A stretch of DNA of 60,481 bases, the filler included. It is 6 parts of 6 records of this genome, joined end to end, with 100 filler letters (N's around TTAATTAATTAA, not from the genome) between each part and the next. Parts side by side here need not be neighbours in the genome. Positions count along the whole stretch, not along the records: positions 1 to 6,931 come from DRR723986_7075; positions 7,032 to 14,732 come from DRR723986_7077; 4 more parts are not named here. The stretch is one strand, 5' to 3'. This document shows positions 1 to 9,387 of the stretch, in pieces. The notes beneath the pieces were generated by a model. That model was not told the origin of the DNA. It saw only the letters and a program-made list of their open reading frames with translations, and did not search any database. A program made the translations under genes and the position numbers. Every line of letters starts with the position of its first letter. Position 1 is the first letter of the stretch.

Positions 1-1
1 C

Positions 2-1312
2 ACCGATCAGGGCCGCAGCGCCAATTTCGCCGGGCTTGCGGCGATGTCGGCGATCACTGGCCTTTCCATTCCCGAAACCGGAACAACCACGTACCGGCCA
101 CCGTTTACCCCGGTGCCATTGAAGACCATCGCCGGGCCTAGGCGCGGAGAATTGTTCAATCCCGTCAAGCGTCTGGCGCTTGAACCGCTCCACCGCGACC
201 ACGACGCGCGGTTCCGGGAATATGGCGGCTGGCTGCGACCCTCGGTCTACGGGGACGGCGATGAAACCACGCTGGCGCAGGCCGAGGCGAAGGCCGCGCG
301 GGACGCTGTGGGGCTCTACGATGCCTCGCCCCTTGGCAAGATCGAGGTGATCGGGCCGGGCGCCGCGGAACTGCTGGATTTCTGCGGCTATGTTCGCATG
401 TCGACCCTGAAGCCGGGGCGCGCGCGATATGGCTTTATGCTGTCGGAGACCGGGATCGTGCATGATGACGGGGTGGTGTTCCGGCTGGCTGAAGACCGGT
501 TCATCGTCTCGGCGTCATCCAGCCATGTGTCCAGCGTCCGCATGATACTGGAGGAAGCGCGACAGGACCGGTTCGATCCGTCGCAAAGCTTCATCCATGA
601 TGTGACCGCCAACTGGGTGACGATCACGCTGACCGGTCCACAGGCGGGCGATCTGGCCCATGCGGCGGGGGTGCCAGACCGGCTGTTGGCGCTGCCGCAT
701 ATGGGTGTTGTCGAGACCATGTGGAACGGCCATCCGGCCCGCGTGGCACGGGTCAGCTTCACCGGCGATCTGAGCTATGAAATCTCGGTGCCCGCCCGCC
801 ATGGCCCGGATCTGCACGACAGGTTGGAGGCCGTGCGAAGGATCCACAAAGGCCGCTGGATCGGGCTGGAAGCGGTGATGATCCTGCGGGCCGAAAAGGG
901 CTTTATCCTTGTGGGCAAGGATACCGATGGCGTGACCCTGCCCCATGATCTGGGCTGGGGCGGGCCGCGTGAAAAGCGCAAGGATGAATATTTCGGGCGT
1001 CGCGCGCTGTTCACGCCAGAGGCGCGGCGCACGGACCGGCGGCAATTGGTGGGGCTGATCACCGATGGGCCTGATCCGCTGCCCGTCGGCGCGCATCTGG
1101 TGATGGCAGGCGGCCCACGCCGGTCGCTTGGCTTCGTGACGTCCAGTCATGTCAGTCCGACCCTGAACCGCCCCATTGCGCTGGCCCTGCTGGAAGCGGG
1201 GCAGAACCGGATGGGAGAGCAGTTGATTGCCTTCCATCTTGGCGCGGAACAGCCCGTCCGCGTGGCCCCCGCCTGCGCCTTGGACCCGGAAGGAGGGCGG
1301 CTGAATGGATGA
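2..1312 (+). CDS. soxA: Sarcosine oxidase alpha-subunit family protein (GcvT-like C-terminal part), 5'-truncated
   Basis: Frame is open from base 2 (TDQGRSANFAGLAAM...). Contains TTYRPPFTPV, LYDASPLGKIEV, DDGV, RVSFTGDLSYEI and LRAEKG motifs of the SoxA/GcvT family, and is followed by a gamma-like subunit. Confidence 0.85.
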   Translation, partial: TDQGRSANFAGLAAMSAITGLSIPETGTTTYRPPFTPVPLKTIAGPRRGELFNPVKRLALEPLHRDHDARFREYGGWLRPSVYGDGDETTLAQAEAKAARDAVGLYDASPLGKIEVIGPGAAELLDFCGYVRMSTLKPGRARYGFMLSETGIVHDDGVVFRLAEDRFIVSASSSHVSSVRMILEEARQDRFDPSQSFIHDVTANWVTITLTGPQAGDLAHAAGVPDRLLALPHMGVVETMWNGHPARVARVSFTGDLSYEISVPARHGPDLHDRLEAVRRIHKGRWIGLEAVMILRAEKGFILVGKDTDGVTLPHDLGWGGPREKRKDEYFGRRALFTPEARRTDRRQLVGLITDGPDPLPVGAHLVMAGGPRRSLGFVTSSHVSPTLNRPIALALLEAGQNRMGEQLIAFHLGAEQPVRVAPACALDPEGGRLNG

Positions 1313-1814
1313 ACGCATCTGGACCAACGCCAGCCCTGAACCGGGGCAAGTAGCAGCCTATCCTGACCTGACGCTCGCCTGTGCGGCCCCCGGTGGGGCG
1401 CTGATGATCTCGGGCGATCTGGCGGCGGCCATTGCGGCGCTTGCGCCCGGCGCGCCAGGTGTCGGGTGTGGGGGAACAGCCCCGGACGGCCCGCACGCGA
1501 TCCGCATGGCGCGCGACAGGATGCTGCTGATCTCGGACGCGCCCTTGGACGTGTCGCCGGGTTGGCACGATGGCTTTGCGATCAGCCTGGCCGATGATCT
1601 TTACACCGCCATCACGCTGACAGGGGCGCGCCGCGACGATATCGCCGCTGCCTGCACCGCAACCCCGCTGGATGGCAGGTCGCCGTCTGCCACCACGCTC
1701 TTTGGTGGGGTCGGTGCGCATGTCACGCGTCAGGGGGATGTGTTGATCATTCGGGTGCAGCGCCCGGATGCGGCGGCGCTGTGGTCATTGTTGACCAGGC
1801 TGGTCCGGGCCTGA
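1305..1814 (+). CDS. Sarcosine oxidase gamma-subunit-like protein
   Basis: Overlaps the soxA-like stop. Size (169 aa) and position match a gamma subunit, but the sequence is divergent. Confidence 0.65.
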   Translation: MDERIWTNASPEPGQVAAYPDLTLACAAPGGALMISGDLAAAIAALAPGAPGVGCGGTAPDGPHAIRMARDRMLLISDAPLDVSPGWHDGFAISLADDLYTAITLTGARRDDIAAACTATPLDGRSPSATTLFGGVGAHVTRQGDVLIIRVQRPDAAALWSLLTRLVRA

Positions 1815-1923
1815 CTCGGACCCGAAAACCGACAGGAAAAACCGTAGCAGGTCGCTTGGGGGCTGGTGACAGGCCCTCTGGCTGTCCTATCTGACGTGCA
1901 GGACACACATGGGGACAGCGAAC

Positions 1924-3927
1924 ATGGCCTATCTGCTTGGCGTGGATACGGGCGGCACCTACACGGATGCCGCGATTATCGACGAAGCGGCGCAGAGCGT
2001 CGTGGGAACCGCCAAGTCGCTGACCACGCGCCATGATCTGGCTTTGGGCATTGGCGGCGCGGTGGATGCGGCGCTGGAGGGGGCCGGGATCAGGGCCGAG
2101 CAGATTGCGCTTGTGTCGCTGTCGACCACGCTGGCCACCAATGCGTTGGTCGAAGGGCAGGGCGGGCGGGTGGCGCTTGTCTCGATCGGGTTCACCGGGA
2201 AGGATCTTGACCGAGGCGGGCTGACCGAGGCGCTTGGCCGTGACCCGATGGTGTCAGTTGCGGGCGGCCACGGCCATGACGGACGAGAGGCCGCCCCGCT
2301 GGACGAGGCCGCATTGCTGGCGGCGATAAACGCGCTGAAGGGCGAGGTCGAGGCCTTCGCCGTGGTGTCGCGCTTTGCCACCCGCAACCCGGCCCATGAA
2401 AAACGCGCGCGCGACCTGATCGGGCAGGAAACCGGGCGTCCGGTGACCTGTTCTTATCAGTTGTCCGCCAAGCTGAACGGCCCCAAACGGGCGCTGACGG
2501 CGCTGCTGAACGCGCGGCTTGTGGGCTCTATCGCGCGGCTGGTGGCGGCGTGCGAACGGCATCTGGCGAAGCTGGGAATATCCGTGCCGCTGATGGTGGT
2601 GCGTGGTGACGGGGCGCTGATTTCGGCGGATATGGTGCGCGAGCGTCCGATTGAAACCATCCTGTCCGGTCCCGCCGCCAGCATCGTTGGCGCGCGTTGG
2701 CTGACCGGGGAACGCGATGCGCTGGTCTCTGATATCGGCGGCACCACCACCGATGTGGCGCTGCTGCGCGATGGCCTGCCCGAGATCGACCCAGAAGGCG
2801 CGCTGGTCGGCGGCTATCGCACCATGGTCGAGGCCGTGGCGATGCGCACCACCGGCTTGGGAGGCGACAGCGAAGTTCATGTGCTGTCCGAAGGGTTGCA
2901 AGGCGGTGTGCGGCTTGGCCCCCGGCGGTTGATGCCCCTGTCGCTGCTGGCGCATGACCACCCCGATATGGTGCTCGAAGAACTGGAGCGCGCGCTGTCA
3001 TCCGAAGTGGCGCTGGATTATGCGGGCCGCTTTGTGGTGCCGATGACCGGCGATGCCTCGGGCCTGCCATCAAGGGACGCTGCCGTGCTGGACCGGATCA
3101 TTGGACCGATGCCAGTTCAGGGGCTGCTGAAATCGCGGCTGGAAGGCGCGGCGCTGGATCGTCTGGTGGCGCGCGGTCTGGTGATGCTGTCGGGCGTCAC
3201 ACCGTCGGATGCCAGCCATGTTCTGGGCCGTCTGGACGCCTGGAACACGGATGCCGCGCGGCTTGGGCTGCAACTGATGGCGCGCAAACGCGGCGGCAGC
3301 GGCAACCGGCTGGCGGACGGGGCAGAGCATCTCGCCCGGATGATCGTGGATCAGCTGACCGAACAGACCGTCGATTGCCTGTTGGAGGCGGCCTTTGCCG
3401 AGGATCAGGGCTTTGCCGACCATAGCCCTGCCACGCTGGCCCGCCACAGCCTGACCCGGTCCGGCCTGACCCCGCATCGCGGGATCGTGGAACTGACCAC
3501 GCGCCTTGGCGTGCCGGTGATCGGGCTTGGGGCCTCTGCCCCCAACTATTACCGCGCTGTAGGCGATCGGTTGGGGTGCCGGATGGTGCTGCCGGAACAT
3601 GCGGGCGTGGCAAATGCCATCGGCGCGGTTGTGGGGCAGATCCGGCAGGTGGTGTCGGGTGTCGTGACCAGCGCGGGCGAGGGCCGATTTACCGTCCATC
3701 TGGTCGAGGGGCCGACCCAGTTCGCCAGCCGCGACGCCGCGCTCGATGCCCTTCAGGCCGCCCTGTCAGATCAGGCGCGCGACCGCGCACAGCGCGCGGG
3801 GGCCGAGCATCTGACCTTGACCCATACCCGCGACATTCGCGAGGTCGAGATCGAGGGCCGTTCGATGTTCGTGGAGGCCGAGGTGACCGTCACGGCCACC
3901 GGCCGCCCCCGTATTGCCCATGGCTGA
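1924..3927 (+). CDS. Hydantoinase/oxoprolinase family protein
   Basis: LGVDTGGTYTDA, STTLATNALVEG, ETILSGPAAS, SDIGGTTTDVA and GVANAIGA motifs. ATG 1924 preferred as start. Confidence 0.9.
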   Translation: MAYLLGVDTGGTYTDAAIIDEAAQSVVGTAKSLTTRHDLALGIGGAVDAALEGAGIRAEQIALVSLSTTLATNALVEGQGGRVALVSIGFTGKDLDRGGLTEALGRDPMVSVAGGHGHDGREAAPLDEAALLAAINALKGEVEAFAVVSRFATRNPAHEKRARDLIGQETGRPVTCSYQLSAKLNGPKRALTALLNARLVGSIARLVAACERHLAKLGISVPLMVVRGDGALISADMVRERPIETILSGPAASIVGARWLTGERDALVSDIGGTTTDVALLRDGLPEIDPEGALVGGYRTMVEAVAMRTTGLGGDSEVHVLSEGLQGGVRLGPRRLMPLSLLAHDHPDMVLEELERALSSEVALDYAGRFVVPMTGDASGLPSRDAAVLDRIIGPMPVQGLLKSRLEGAALDRLVARGLVMLSGVTPSDASHVLGRLDAWNTDAARLGLQLMARKRGGSGNRLADGAEHLARMIVDQLTEQTVDCLLEAAFAEDQGFADHSPATLARHSLTRSGLTPHRGIVELTTRLGVPVIGLGASAPNYYRAVGDRLGCRMVLPEHAGVANAIGAVVGQIRQVVSGVVTSAGEGRFTVHLVEGPTQFASRDAALDALQAALSDQARDRAQRAGAEHLTLTHTRDIREVEIEGRSMFVEAEVTVTATGRPRIAHG

Positions 3928-3929
3928 GG

Positions 3930-4271
3930 TCAGTCGCAGGCGGCGGTGACGATGATTTCCACCTTCAGCACATCGCGCGCCAGCTTGGCCTCGCCGCAGG
4001 CGCGGGCGGGCGCGTGGCCTTCTGGCACCCAGGCATCCCAGACGGCGTTCATCTCGGCGAAATCGTCCATATCCGACAGCCAGACGATGGCCTGAAGGAT
4101 GCGGTCTCGTGACGATCCGGCCTTGTCCAGCAGCGCCTGAACACGGGCGAGGCAATCCTTTGTCTGGTCCGTCACGCTGTCGCCCGCGCCCACCTGACCG
4201 CACAGATAGGCCACGCCGTTATGCTTGACGATCTTGCTCATGCGTTGGCTGGTGTCGATCCGTTCGATCAT
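3930..4271 (-). CDS. RidA/YjgF (Rid2-type) imine deaminase family protein
   Basis: [27 protein letters not shown]...[19 protein letters not shown]...[16 protein letters not shown] lies upstream of ATG 4271. Confidence 0.92.
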   Translation of the reverse strand: MIERIDTSQRMSKIVKHNGVAYLCGQVGAGDSVTDQTKDCLARVQALLDKAGSSRDRILQAIVWLSDMDDFAEMNAVWDAWVPEGHAPARACGEAKLARDVLKVEIIVTAACD

Positions 4272-4272
4272 A

Positions 4273-5664
4273 TCAGTCTCCTTGAGGTGGTGTGGTGTCC
4301 ATGCTCGCCAGTTCCGCAAGTGTCACGGGTTTGAGCGGCGGGCGAATGCGCAAATAGCCGGTGACGTCGGGGCTTTGGCCCGTTGCCTTGGCCAGCAGCG
4401 CGGTGACGGTCAGTCCGCAATAGCGCCCCTGACAAGGGCCCATGCCGGCGCGGGTATAGCTTTTGGCCTGATTGGGGCCAAGGCAGCCAAGCGCGGTGGT
4501 CTGGCGGATCTGGCCTGCTGTGATCTCTTCGCAGCGGCAAATGACGGTGTTGTCCGCAGGCTCCAGCGCCTCGGGGCAGGGCGGATAGGCGGCATCCAGA
4601 AACGGGCGAATGGCCCGTTCGCGTGACCGGGCCCGCAAGAGCGGCGCTGCCTGTGCGTCGCGGTCCGCAATCGTCAGATGCCCAGCCTCTTCCGCCAGTT
4701 TCAGGGCTGCAAGACGGCCGGCGATCTCGGCCACCATGGCCCCGCCAATTCCGGCCCCGTCGCCCGCGATGAACACACCCGTTCGCTCGGTCGCGCCCCA
4801 CGCATCCAGAACCGGGGTGAACGCGTGCTGAGCCACGCTCCAGCGATGCGCGATGCCAAGCGACCGGGCGGCCTGCGTGTTGGGCACCACCCCGTGATGC
4901 AGTAAAACCGTGTCGCAGGCGATGCGATGCGTTTTGCCGCCAGAGCGGAAGTGCAGGGCCTCGGCTTTGTCGGTGCCTTCCACAGCCAGCCCGTCAGCGC
5001 CGGTGAAGCGCCGCACCCCGGCCCGGCGCAGTTCCGCCAACAGCCCAAGCCCCTTGGCCAATCCACGCCAGCCGCGGAGCGCGCCGGGCAGGTGGCGCAT
5101 GGCCCGCAAGAGGTCGGTACGCGTTTGCGTTTCGACCAAAGCCAGCGGCGGCACCCCGGCGCGGACCATCTGGGCGGCCACCAGATAAAGCAGCGGCCCG
5201 CTGCCTGCCAGAACCGCCCGCCCGGCCAGAACGCCGGAACCCTTCAGCAGGATCTGCGCGGCCCCCGCCGTCATCACACCGGGCAGGGTCCAGCCGGGAA
5301 CCGGCATCGGGCGTTCCAGCGCCCCGGTCGCCAGAAGAACCCGGGGCGCAACAATCCGGGCGGCGCGTCCGTTTTCTGTGTAGGACAGCTGAAATCCATC
5401 CTCGATGGCCCAGACAACGGCGCCGGGAATATGGTGAACACTGCTGTTGGCCAGGGCCGAGGTCAGTGTAGTCCCATGACGATAGTCCGCCCCCAGCACC
5501 CGCGCCCGATCGGCGCTGGCCCGGCCTACGTCTCGATAGATCTGGCCACCCGGGCGGGGCTGTTCGTCAAGCAATGCCACGCTCAGGCCCGCATTGGCGG
5601 CGGTTACGGCGGCAGCCAGACCGGCAGGGCCCGCCCCGATGATGGCCAGATCGAACTCAGCCAT
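4273..5664 (-). CDS. FAD/NAD(P)-dependent oxidoreductase with C-terminal BFD-like 2Fe-2S domain (HcnB/OoxA-like)
   Basis: GAGPAG Rossmann motif, [21 protein letters not shown] and [13 protein letters not shown]. Confidence 0.9.
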   Translation of the reverse strand: MAEFDLAIIGAGPAGLAAAVTAANAGLSVALLDEQPRPGGQIYRDVGRASADRARVLGADYRHGTTLTSALANSSVHHIPGAVVWAIEDGFQLSYTENGRAARIVAPRVLLATGALERPMPVPGWTLPGVMTAGAAQILLKGSGVLAGRAVLAGSGPLLYLVAAQMVRAGVPPLALVETQTRTDLLRAMRHLPGALRGWRGLAKGLGLLAELRRAGVRRFTGADGLAVEGTDKAEALHFRSGGKTHRIACDTVLLHHGVVPNTQAARSLGIAHRWSVAQHAFTPVLDAWGATERTGVFIAGDGAGIGGAMVAEIAGRLAALKLAEEAGHLTIADRDAQAAPLLRARSRERAIRPFLDAAYPPCPEALEPADNTVICRCEEITAGQIRQTTALGCLGPNQAKSYTRAGMGPCQGRYCGLTVTALLAKATGQSPDVTGYLRIRPPLKPVTLAELASMDTTPPQGD

Positions 5665-5956
5665 TTGTCGCGCCCTTGGGACGTGCCATGGCCATCCCTT
5701 CCGTTACGGTCATCATGCAGGCTTGGCGGGTCACTCCGTCGATCTCTATCAGGCAGTCGAAACAGGCCCCCATCATGCAAAAGGGCGCGCGGGCTGTGCC
5801 GGAAAATGGCGTGTGGCGCAGATGTCCGATCCCGGCCGCCAGCAGGCTTGCGGCCAGGTTTTCACCCTCTGGCAGCAGCAATTCCTCTCCGTCGAGTTGG
5901 ACGGACACAAGCCGCCCGGAGGCAGACAGACGGGTGAAGGCTGAATCAGGGGGCAT
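5657..5956 (-). CDS. (2Fe-2S)-binding protein (HcnA-like)
   Basis: PFCMMGACFDCLIEIDG...QAC motif. ATG 5956 chosen; overlaps the downstream oxidoreductase start. Confidence 0.88.
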   Translation of the reverse strand: MPPDSAFTRLSASGRLVSVQLDGEELLLPEGENLAASLLAAGIGHLRHTPFSGTARAPFCMMGACFDCLIEIDGVTRQACMMTVTEGMAMARPKGATNG

Positions 5957-6048
5957 GGATGGCGTCCCGAGGGGAAAATTCCGGGCACTGGGGCCCGCAA
6001 GGTCACCTCTACCGCATGGCAATGCGCCGCGTCCACAGATCGCGCGGA

Positions 6049-6723
6049 TCAGTGACCGTAATACGCCGTGTAGATGCCGACGGCCCCAACCAGCACAAGG
6101 CTCAGCGCCCAGACAATATCGAGGTTGAACCATGTCCGGGACAGGAATTTCAGGCCAAGCCAGACATAGATGATGATCGCCAGAATGCCGCCCGCGAAGG
6201 TCATGGCGAGCGTGTGGACCAAGGCCACCACAAAGGCGGTCAGCACGTTCTGCCCCATCAGTGCCTGCGCCGCCTCGTGCCCCTCGGATGGGCCGGCGTC
6301 AATGCCGCAGATCCCCAGATAGATCGGCACCAGCATCAGACCGGCCCCATGGGCGAGTGCCGCCAGGAAAGACCACAGCGCCAGGCGCGCGGGGTGCACG
6401 CGGGCGAGGAACCGCGGATGTTTGCGGTTGATCAGCAGGTAGACGCCCATGATCACCACCAGCACGCCCGCGCCAATGCGCAGCTGCATTTCCCAAGTGA
6501 CCAGCGCCGTCATCAGCGAGAACGGCAGCAGGATCGCGGTCATCGACAAGAAATGACCTGCCGCCAGCGCCACAAGGGCCTTGCCCATGGCGCGGCGATT
6601 GCCCTCCATCAAGGCGGCGGACACGGCCAGCGGCCAGCCCATGCCGGGGTTCACCCCATGATAGAGGCCAGACAGAATGACGGCCCCCCAGAGGGCCGTC
6701 AAAGTGGTTACATCGGTGCCCAT
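6049..6723 (-). CDS. His-containing multi-pass membrane protein associated with SBP56 genes
   Basis: About 6 hydrophobic segments with YHGVNPGMGWP, AAGH, AHGAGLM and VHT motifs. Its ATG directly abuts the SBP56 stop (TGA-ATG). Confidence 0.8.
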   Translation of the reverse strand: MGTDVTTLTALWGAVILSGLYHGVNPGMGWPLAVSAALMEGNRRAMGKALVALAAGHFLSMTAILLPFSLMTALVTWEMQLRIGAGVLVVIMGVYLLINRKHPRFLARVHPARLALWSFLAALAHGAGLMLVPIYLGICGIDAGPSEGHEAAQALMGQNVLTAFVVALVHTLAMTFAGGILAIIIYVWLGLKFLSRTWFNLDIVWALSLVLVGAVGIYTAYYGH

Positions 6724-6930
6724 TCAGACGTTCGGATAGCAGAAGCTGTCTGTTGAACAGTCGCCGCCTTCCAGACGGATCTGGTGAGACCGCAAGCCTT
6801 CAGGGAACTGGACATAGAAATCCGGGTCAAGCGTGAGCCCGCCATTCTCTCCAACGCGCGCCATGACCATCTGGCCGCCATCCTGTCCGGGATAGAACTG
6901 ATCGTCCCAGGTGGAATAGAGCGAGTTGGT
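6724..6930 (-). CDS. Selenium-binding protein SBP56 / methanethiol-oxidase family, C-terminal fragment (cut by contig end)
   Basis: Manual translation: TNSLYSTWDDQFYPGQDGGQMVMARVGENGGLTLDPDFYVQFPEGLRSHQIRLEGGDCSTDSFCYPNV*, the characteristic SBP56 C-terminus. Not in the ORF track. Confidence 0.88.
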   Translation of the reverse strand, partial: TNSLYSTWDDQFYPGQDGGQMVMARVGENGGLTLDPDFYVQFPEGLRSHQIRLEGGDCSTDSFCYPNV

Positions 6931-6931
6931 C

Positions 6932-7031
6932 NNNNNNNNNNNNNNNNNNNNNNNNNNNNNNNNNNNNNNNNNNNNTTAATTAATTAANNNNNNNNNNNNN
7001 NNNNNNNNNNNNNNNNNNNNNNNNNNNNNNN
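6932..7031. other. Artificial contig spacer
   Basis: N44-TTAATTAATTAA-N44 (stops in all six frames); gene content changes across it. Confidence 0.98.
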
Positions 7032-7073
7032 TGTCATGCTGCGTTTGCTGTCATGCTGCGTGGCGGAGACAGA

Positions 7074-7514
7074 CTACCAAGGACTCTTTAAGCTGCGATC
7101 CAGGCGTTTTGCTTTCGCAAACTCTTTCTTGGCCTCGGACTGCTTGCCATCCTTGTGAAATATCATCGCTCGAGTGTAGTGCAGTTGGGCGTCAATTGGA
7201 GCACCCTGCTCTGCTTCGGCAAGGTCCGCTTTGGCGGACGCGATGTCCCCAGCATCAGCGTAACACTGCGCTCGAATCAGAACCGCTTCGGTGTACTGAT
7301 CGACGTCGAGCGCCGGCGACTGCACTGCAGAGTCGATCAGCGGCAACGCGGCAGCGTAATCGCCCTGATCAACCAGTGAACTCGCTTGATCAAAGGCTTG
7401 CTGCGCGTCGGCAATTCCGCTAGCCGGTATTCCTTGTGAACTGCAACCGGCAAGTAGGAGATGCGCCGCCAAGCAACTGCTGAGGAGTAAGATCTTACTG
7501 AGGTAGTTGAGCAA
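7074..7514 (-). CDS. TPR-repeat lipoprotein
   Basis: Lipobox LLAGC followed by TPR-like helices. TTG 7514 has GGAGG 5 nt upstream and overlaps the end of the DUF1559 gene. Confidence 0.75.
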   Translation of the reverse strand: MLNYLSKILLLSSCLAAHLLLAGCSSQGIPASGIADAQQAFDQASSLVDQGDYAAALPLIDSAVQSPALDVDQYTEAVLIRAQCYADAGDIASAKADLAEAEQGAPIDAQLHYTRAMIFHKDGKQSEAKKEFAKAKRLDRSLKSPW

Positions 7515-8664
7515 CTTCGCCTCCGTCTCGGGTGCCAAGCGCACGCCAGGTAATCAAGTCGATGTTTTGGCTAATGAACTGGACCGATCCGTCGCCCATC
7601 GCCGCGTTGACTCCACCAGTGTGCATGCTTCGTGGTGCAATGATCGCATGTTCGCCTGGAGCGTCGGGAATTGCACTCCATTGCCCGCAGTCATAGCCTC
7701 GCCAGTTTGGGGGAGCAACGTGGTTGTACATCGTGCTCGAGTAGAATCCAAACGGCCACCCATTCGAGAAATCACTGCCATCGAGCCAACGTCCCGCTGA
7801 ATTGAAATGAAAACGTGAGGGCGTCGGGTTGTTGGCGAAGTCCAGGCAGTTTTGGAATATTACGTCTGGGTGGATCAACTCTCGCGTCCGCCCAGGCATC
7901 GTGATGATGTCGAACCGTTCATCCGGAGGATTGTTGCGTAGATCACCTCCGCCGCCTTTATTGCGTTCGGAGAAAAACACCGTGTTGCTAAGTCCATCGG
8001 GGAATGAACCCGCTTTAAGGCCACCGCCTATCGAGAACGCGCCGTTGCCACGGACTGTAAGACTGCCAACGGATGCATTCATGTCGTGGTTGTTCTGAGA
8101 GTCTCTCGCTCCCGCGAAGTGTGTCGATCCACCAAAGTTATAGCGGTAGTTGTTTTCGCTGATGATCCGACCTGTATTGGGATCGCTTGGACAGATAAAC
8201 AAATTTGCTGCGTTAGAATACGCGGCAAAGTTCTGATTGAAAGGCTCTCCATTGCGCGTCATCCGAACCGCAGAGGGTGCGCCGAAATCAATCAAGTTGT
8301 AAATGTTGGTTTGTTCCATGAATGGAAGAATGAATACATGGACGCTTCGGAAGCCGGTCCAGTCTGAAGATCCAGCGTTTTGGTTCACGCTGTTGTAGTT
8401 GGTGTAGCTTTGGCGAGCACTCCCGCCTCGTACCCAGTCTGGTGAGAGTCGGCCAGGTGGGAAACGCTTATGGGCCGATTCATAATTGTATGCGGCCAGG
8501 CCCATCTGTTTCAGATTGTTCGAGCACTGCATCCGGCGAGCTGCCTCGCGGGCGGCTTGGACTGCGGGCAAGAGTAGCCCGACCAAAATGCCGATAATGG
8601 CGATAACGACAAGTAACTCGACCAACGTGAACGCGCGGCGGTTACTCCGGTGCGTGTGAAACAT
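7495..8664 (-). CDS. DUF1559 (SBP_bac_10) prepilin-type N-terminal cleavage/methylation protein, Planctomycete type
   Basis: [53 protein letters not shown] and C-terminal H-x9-DG ([14 protein letters not shown]). Confidence 0.95.
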   Translation of the reverse strand: MFHTHRSNRRAFTLVELLVVIAIIGILVGLLLPAVQAAREAARRMQCSNNLKQMGLAAYNYESAHKRFPPGRLSPDWVRGGSARQSYTNYNSVNQNAGSSDWTGFRSVHVFILPFMEQTNIYNLIDFGAPSAVRMTRNGEPFNQNFAAYSNAANLFICPSDPNTGRIISENNYRYNFGGSTHFAGARDSQNNHDMNASVGSLTVRGNGAFSIGGGLKAGSFPDGLSNTVFFSERNKGGGGDLRNNPPDERFDIITMPGRTRELIHPDVIFQNCLDFANNPTPSRFHFNSAGRWLDGSDFSNGWPFGFYSSTMYNHVAPPNWRGYDCGQWSAIPDAPGEHAIIAPRSMHTGGVNAAMGDGSVQFISQNIDLITWRALGTRDGGEVAQLPQ

Positions 8665-9165
8665 GCCGAAGGATCCTCAATTCAAATTAGCAAAGATCAA
8701 AATGACGGAGTCGAAGTCGCCGTGGAAAGCGACCCATTCTCTGGCACCTCCTGGAGGGGCAAGCAGCCTTCAGAATAACGGTCTACTTCGCATCCGCAAT
8801 GCTTGTTCGAGCAGCTTTTGGAGAACAAGCTTCCAGCACGTTAGCTGGCCGGCAAGCAGCTCGAAATTCACCTGTCGACCAGGGGATTGCCTAGTCTGAA
8901 TTGGGGACCACGTTCGGGGAGCTGCTCCCCCGGTGACTCACTCTGTAGGTAAGTTGTCGTACCACTCGCTTCATCCAAACTTCATCAAGTGGGGTACCGC
9001 CTCTGCATGAAATGTGCGGACAATTTGCGGAGCAGATAGCTCTTCCGGTGCAAAGAAAATCTCGTCGATCGGCTCCCCCGAAAGGGCTGTTGAGCGGGGA
9101 TTCGGCTTCAGCGGCCGTTAAAATCCGAAAACCGTCGAAAAACCGACTTTCGCTAGCTCAGAAAT

Positions 9166-9195
9166 TTGACACGGCAGGGGCGCACTCGATAAAGT
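9166..9195 (+). promoter_or_regulatory. Putative sigma70 promoter of pilM operon
   Basis: TTGACA (9166-9171), 18 nt spacer, TAAAGT (9190-9195), about 190 nt upstream of pilM. Confidence 0.45.
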
Positions 9196-9387
9196 GAGGT
9201 AGGTAGCGTTCTTTCCAGTCTGGGAGAATTCTGCCCTGCGCTGTGGCTCGAACCACAGACACCCTCGTCTTACAAATTGAATTACTTGTCTCAATGGTAA
9301 TCCGCGACCCGGCTGCTTCGGCCCGGCGTTTGTCGCGTTAACCTCTTGAGCTATTGGCGGCACAACGTCTTATAGGTGCAATTGACC

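Noticed and set aside
388-6756. Numerous long antisense or alternate-frame ORFs (e.g. 515-1327, 4927-5937, 5959-6756)
   Set aside because: Shadows of real genes in high-GC DNA, with no recognisable motifs.
7032-7061. 13-bp direct repeat TGTCATGCTGCGT x2 at contig start
   Set aside because: Two copies at a contig edge; cannot be distinguished from an assembly artefact.
9241-9258. tRNA-like T-arm (CTGTGG-CTCGAA-CCACAG)
   Set aside because: Isolated hairpin with no cloverleaf or acceptor stem.
8663-9363. Small ORFs in the DUF1559-pilM intergenic region
   Set aside because: No SD or family motifs; they overlap predicted promoter and leader elements.
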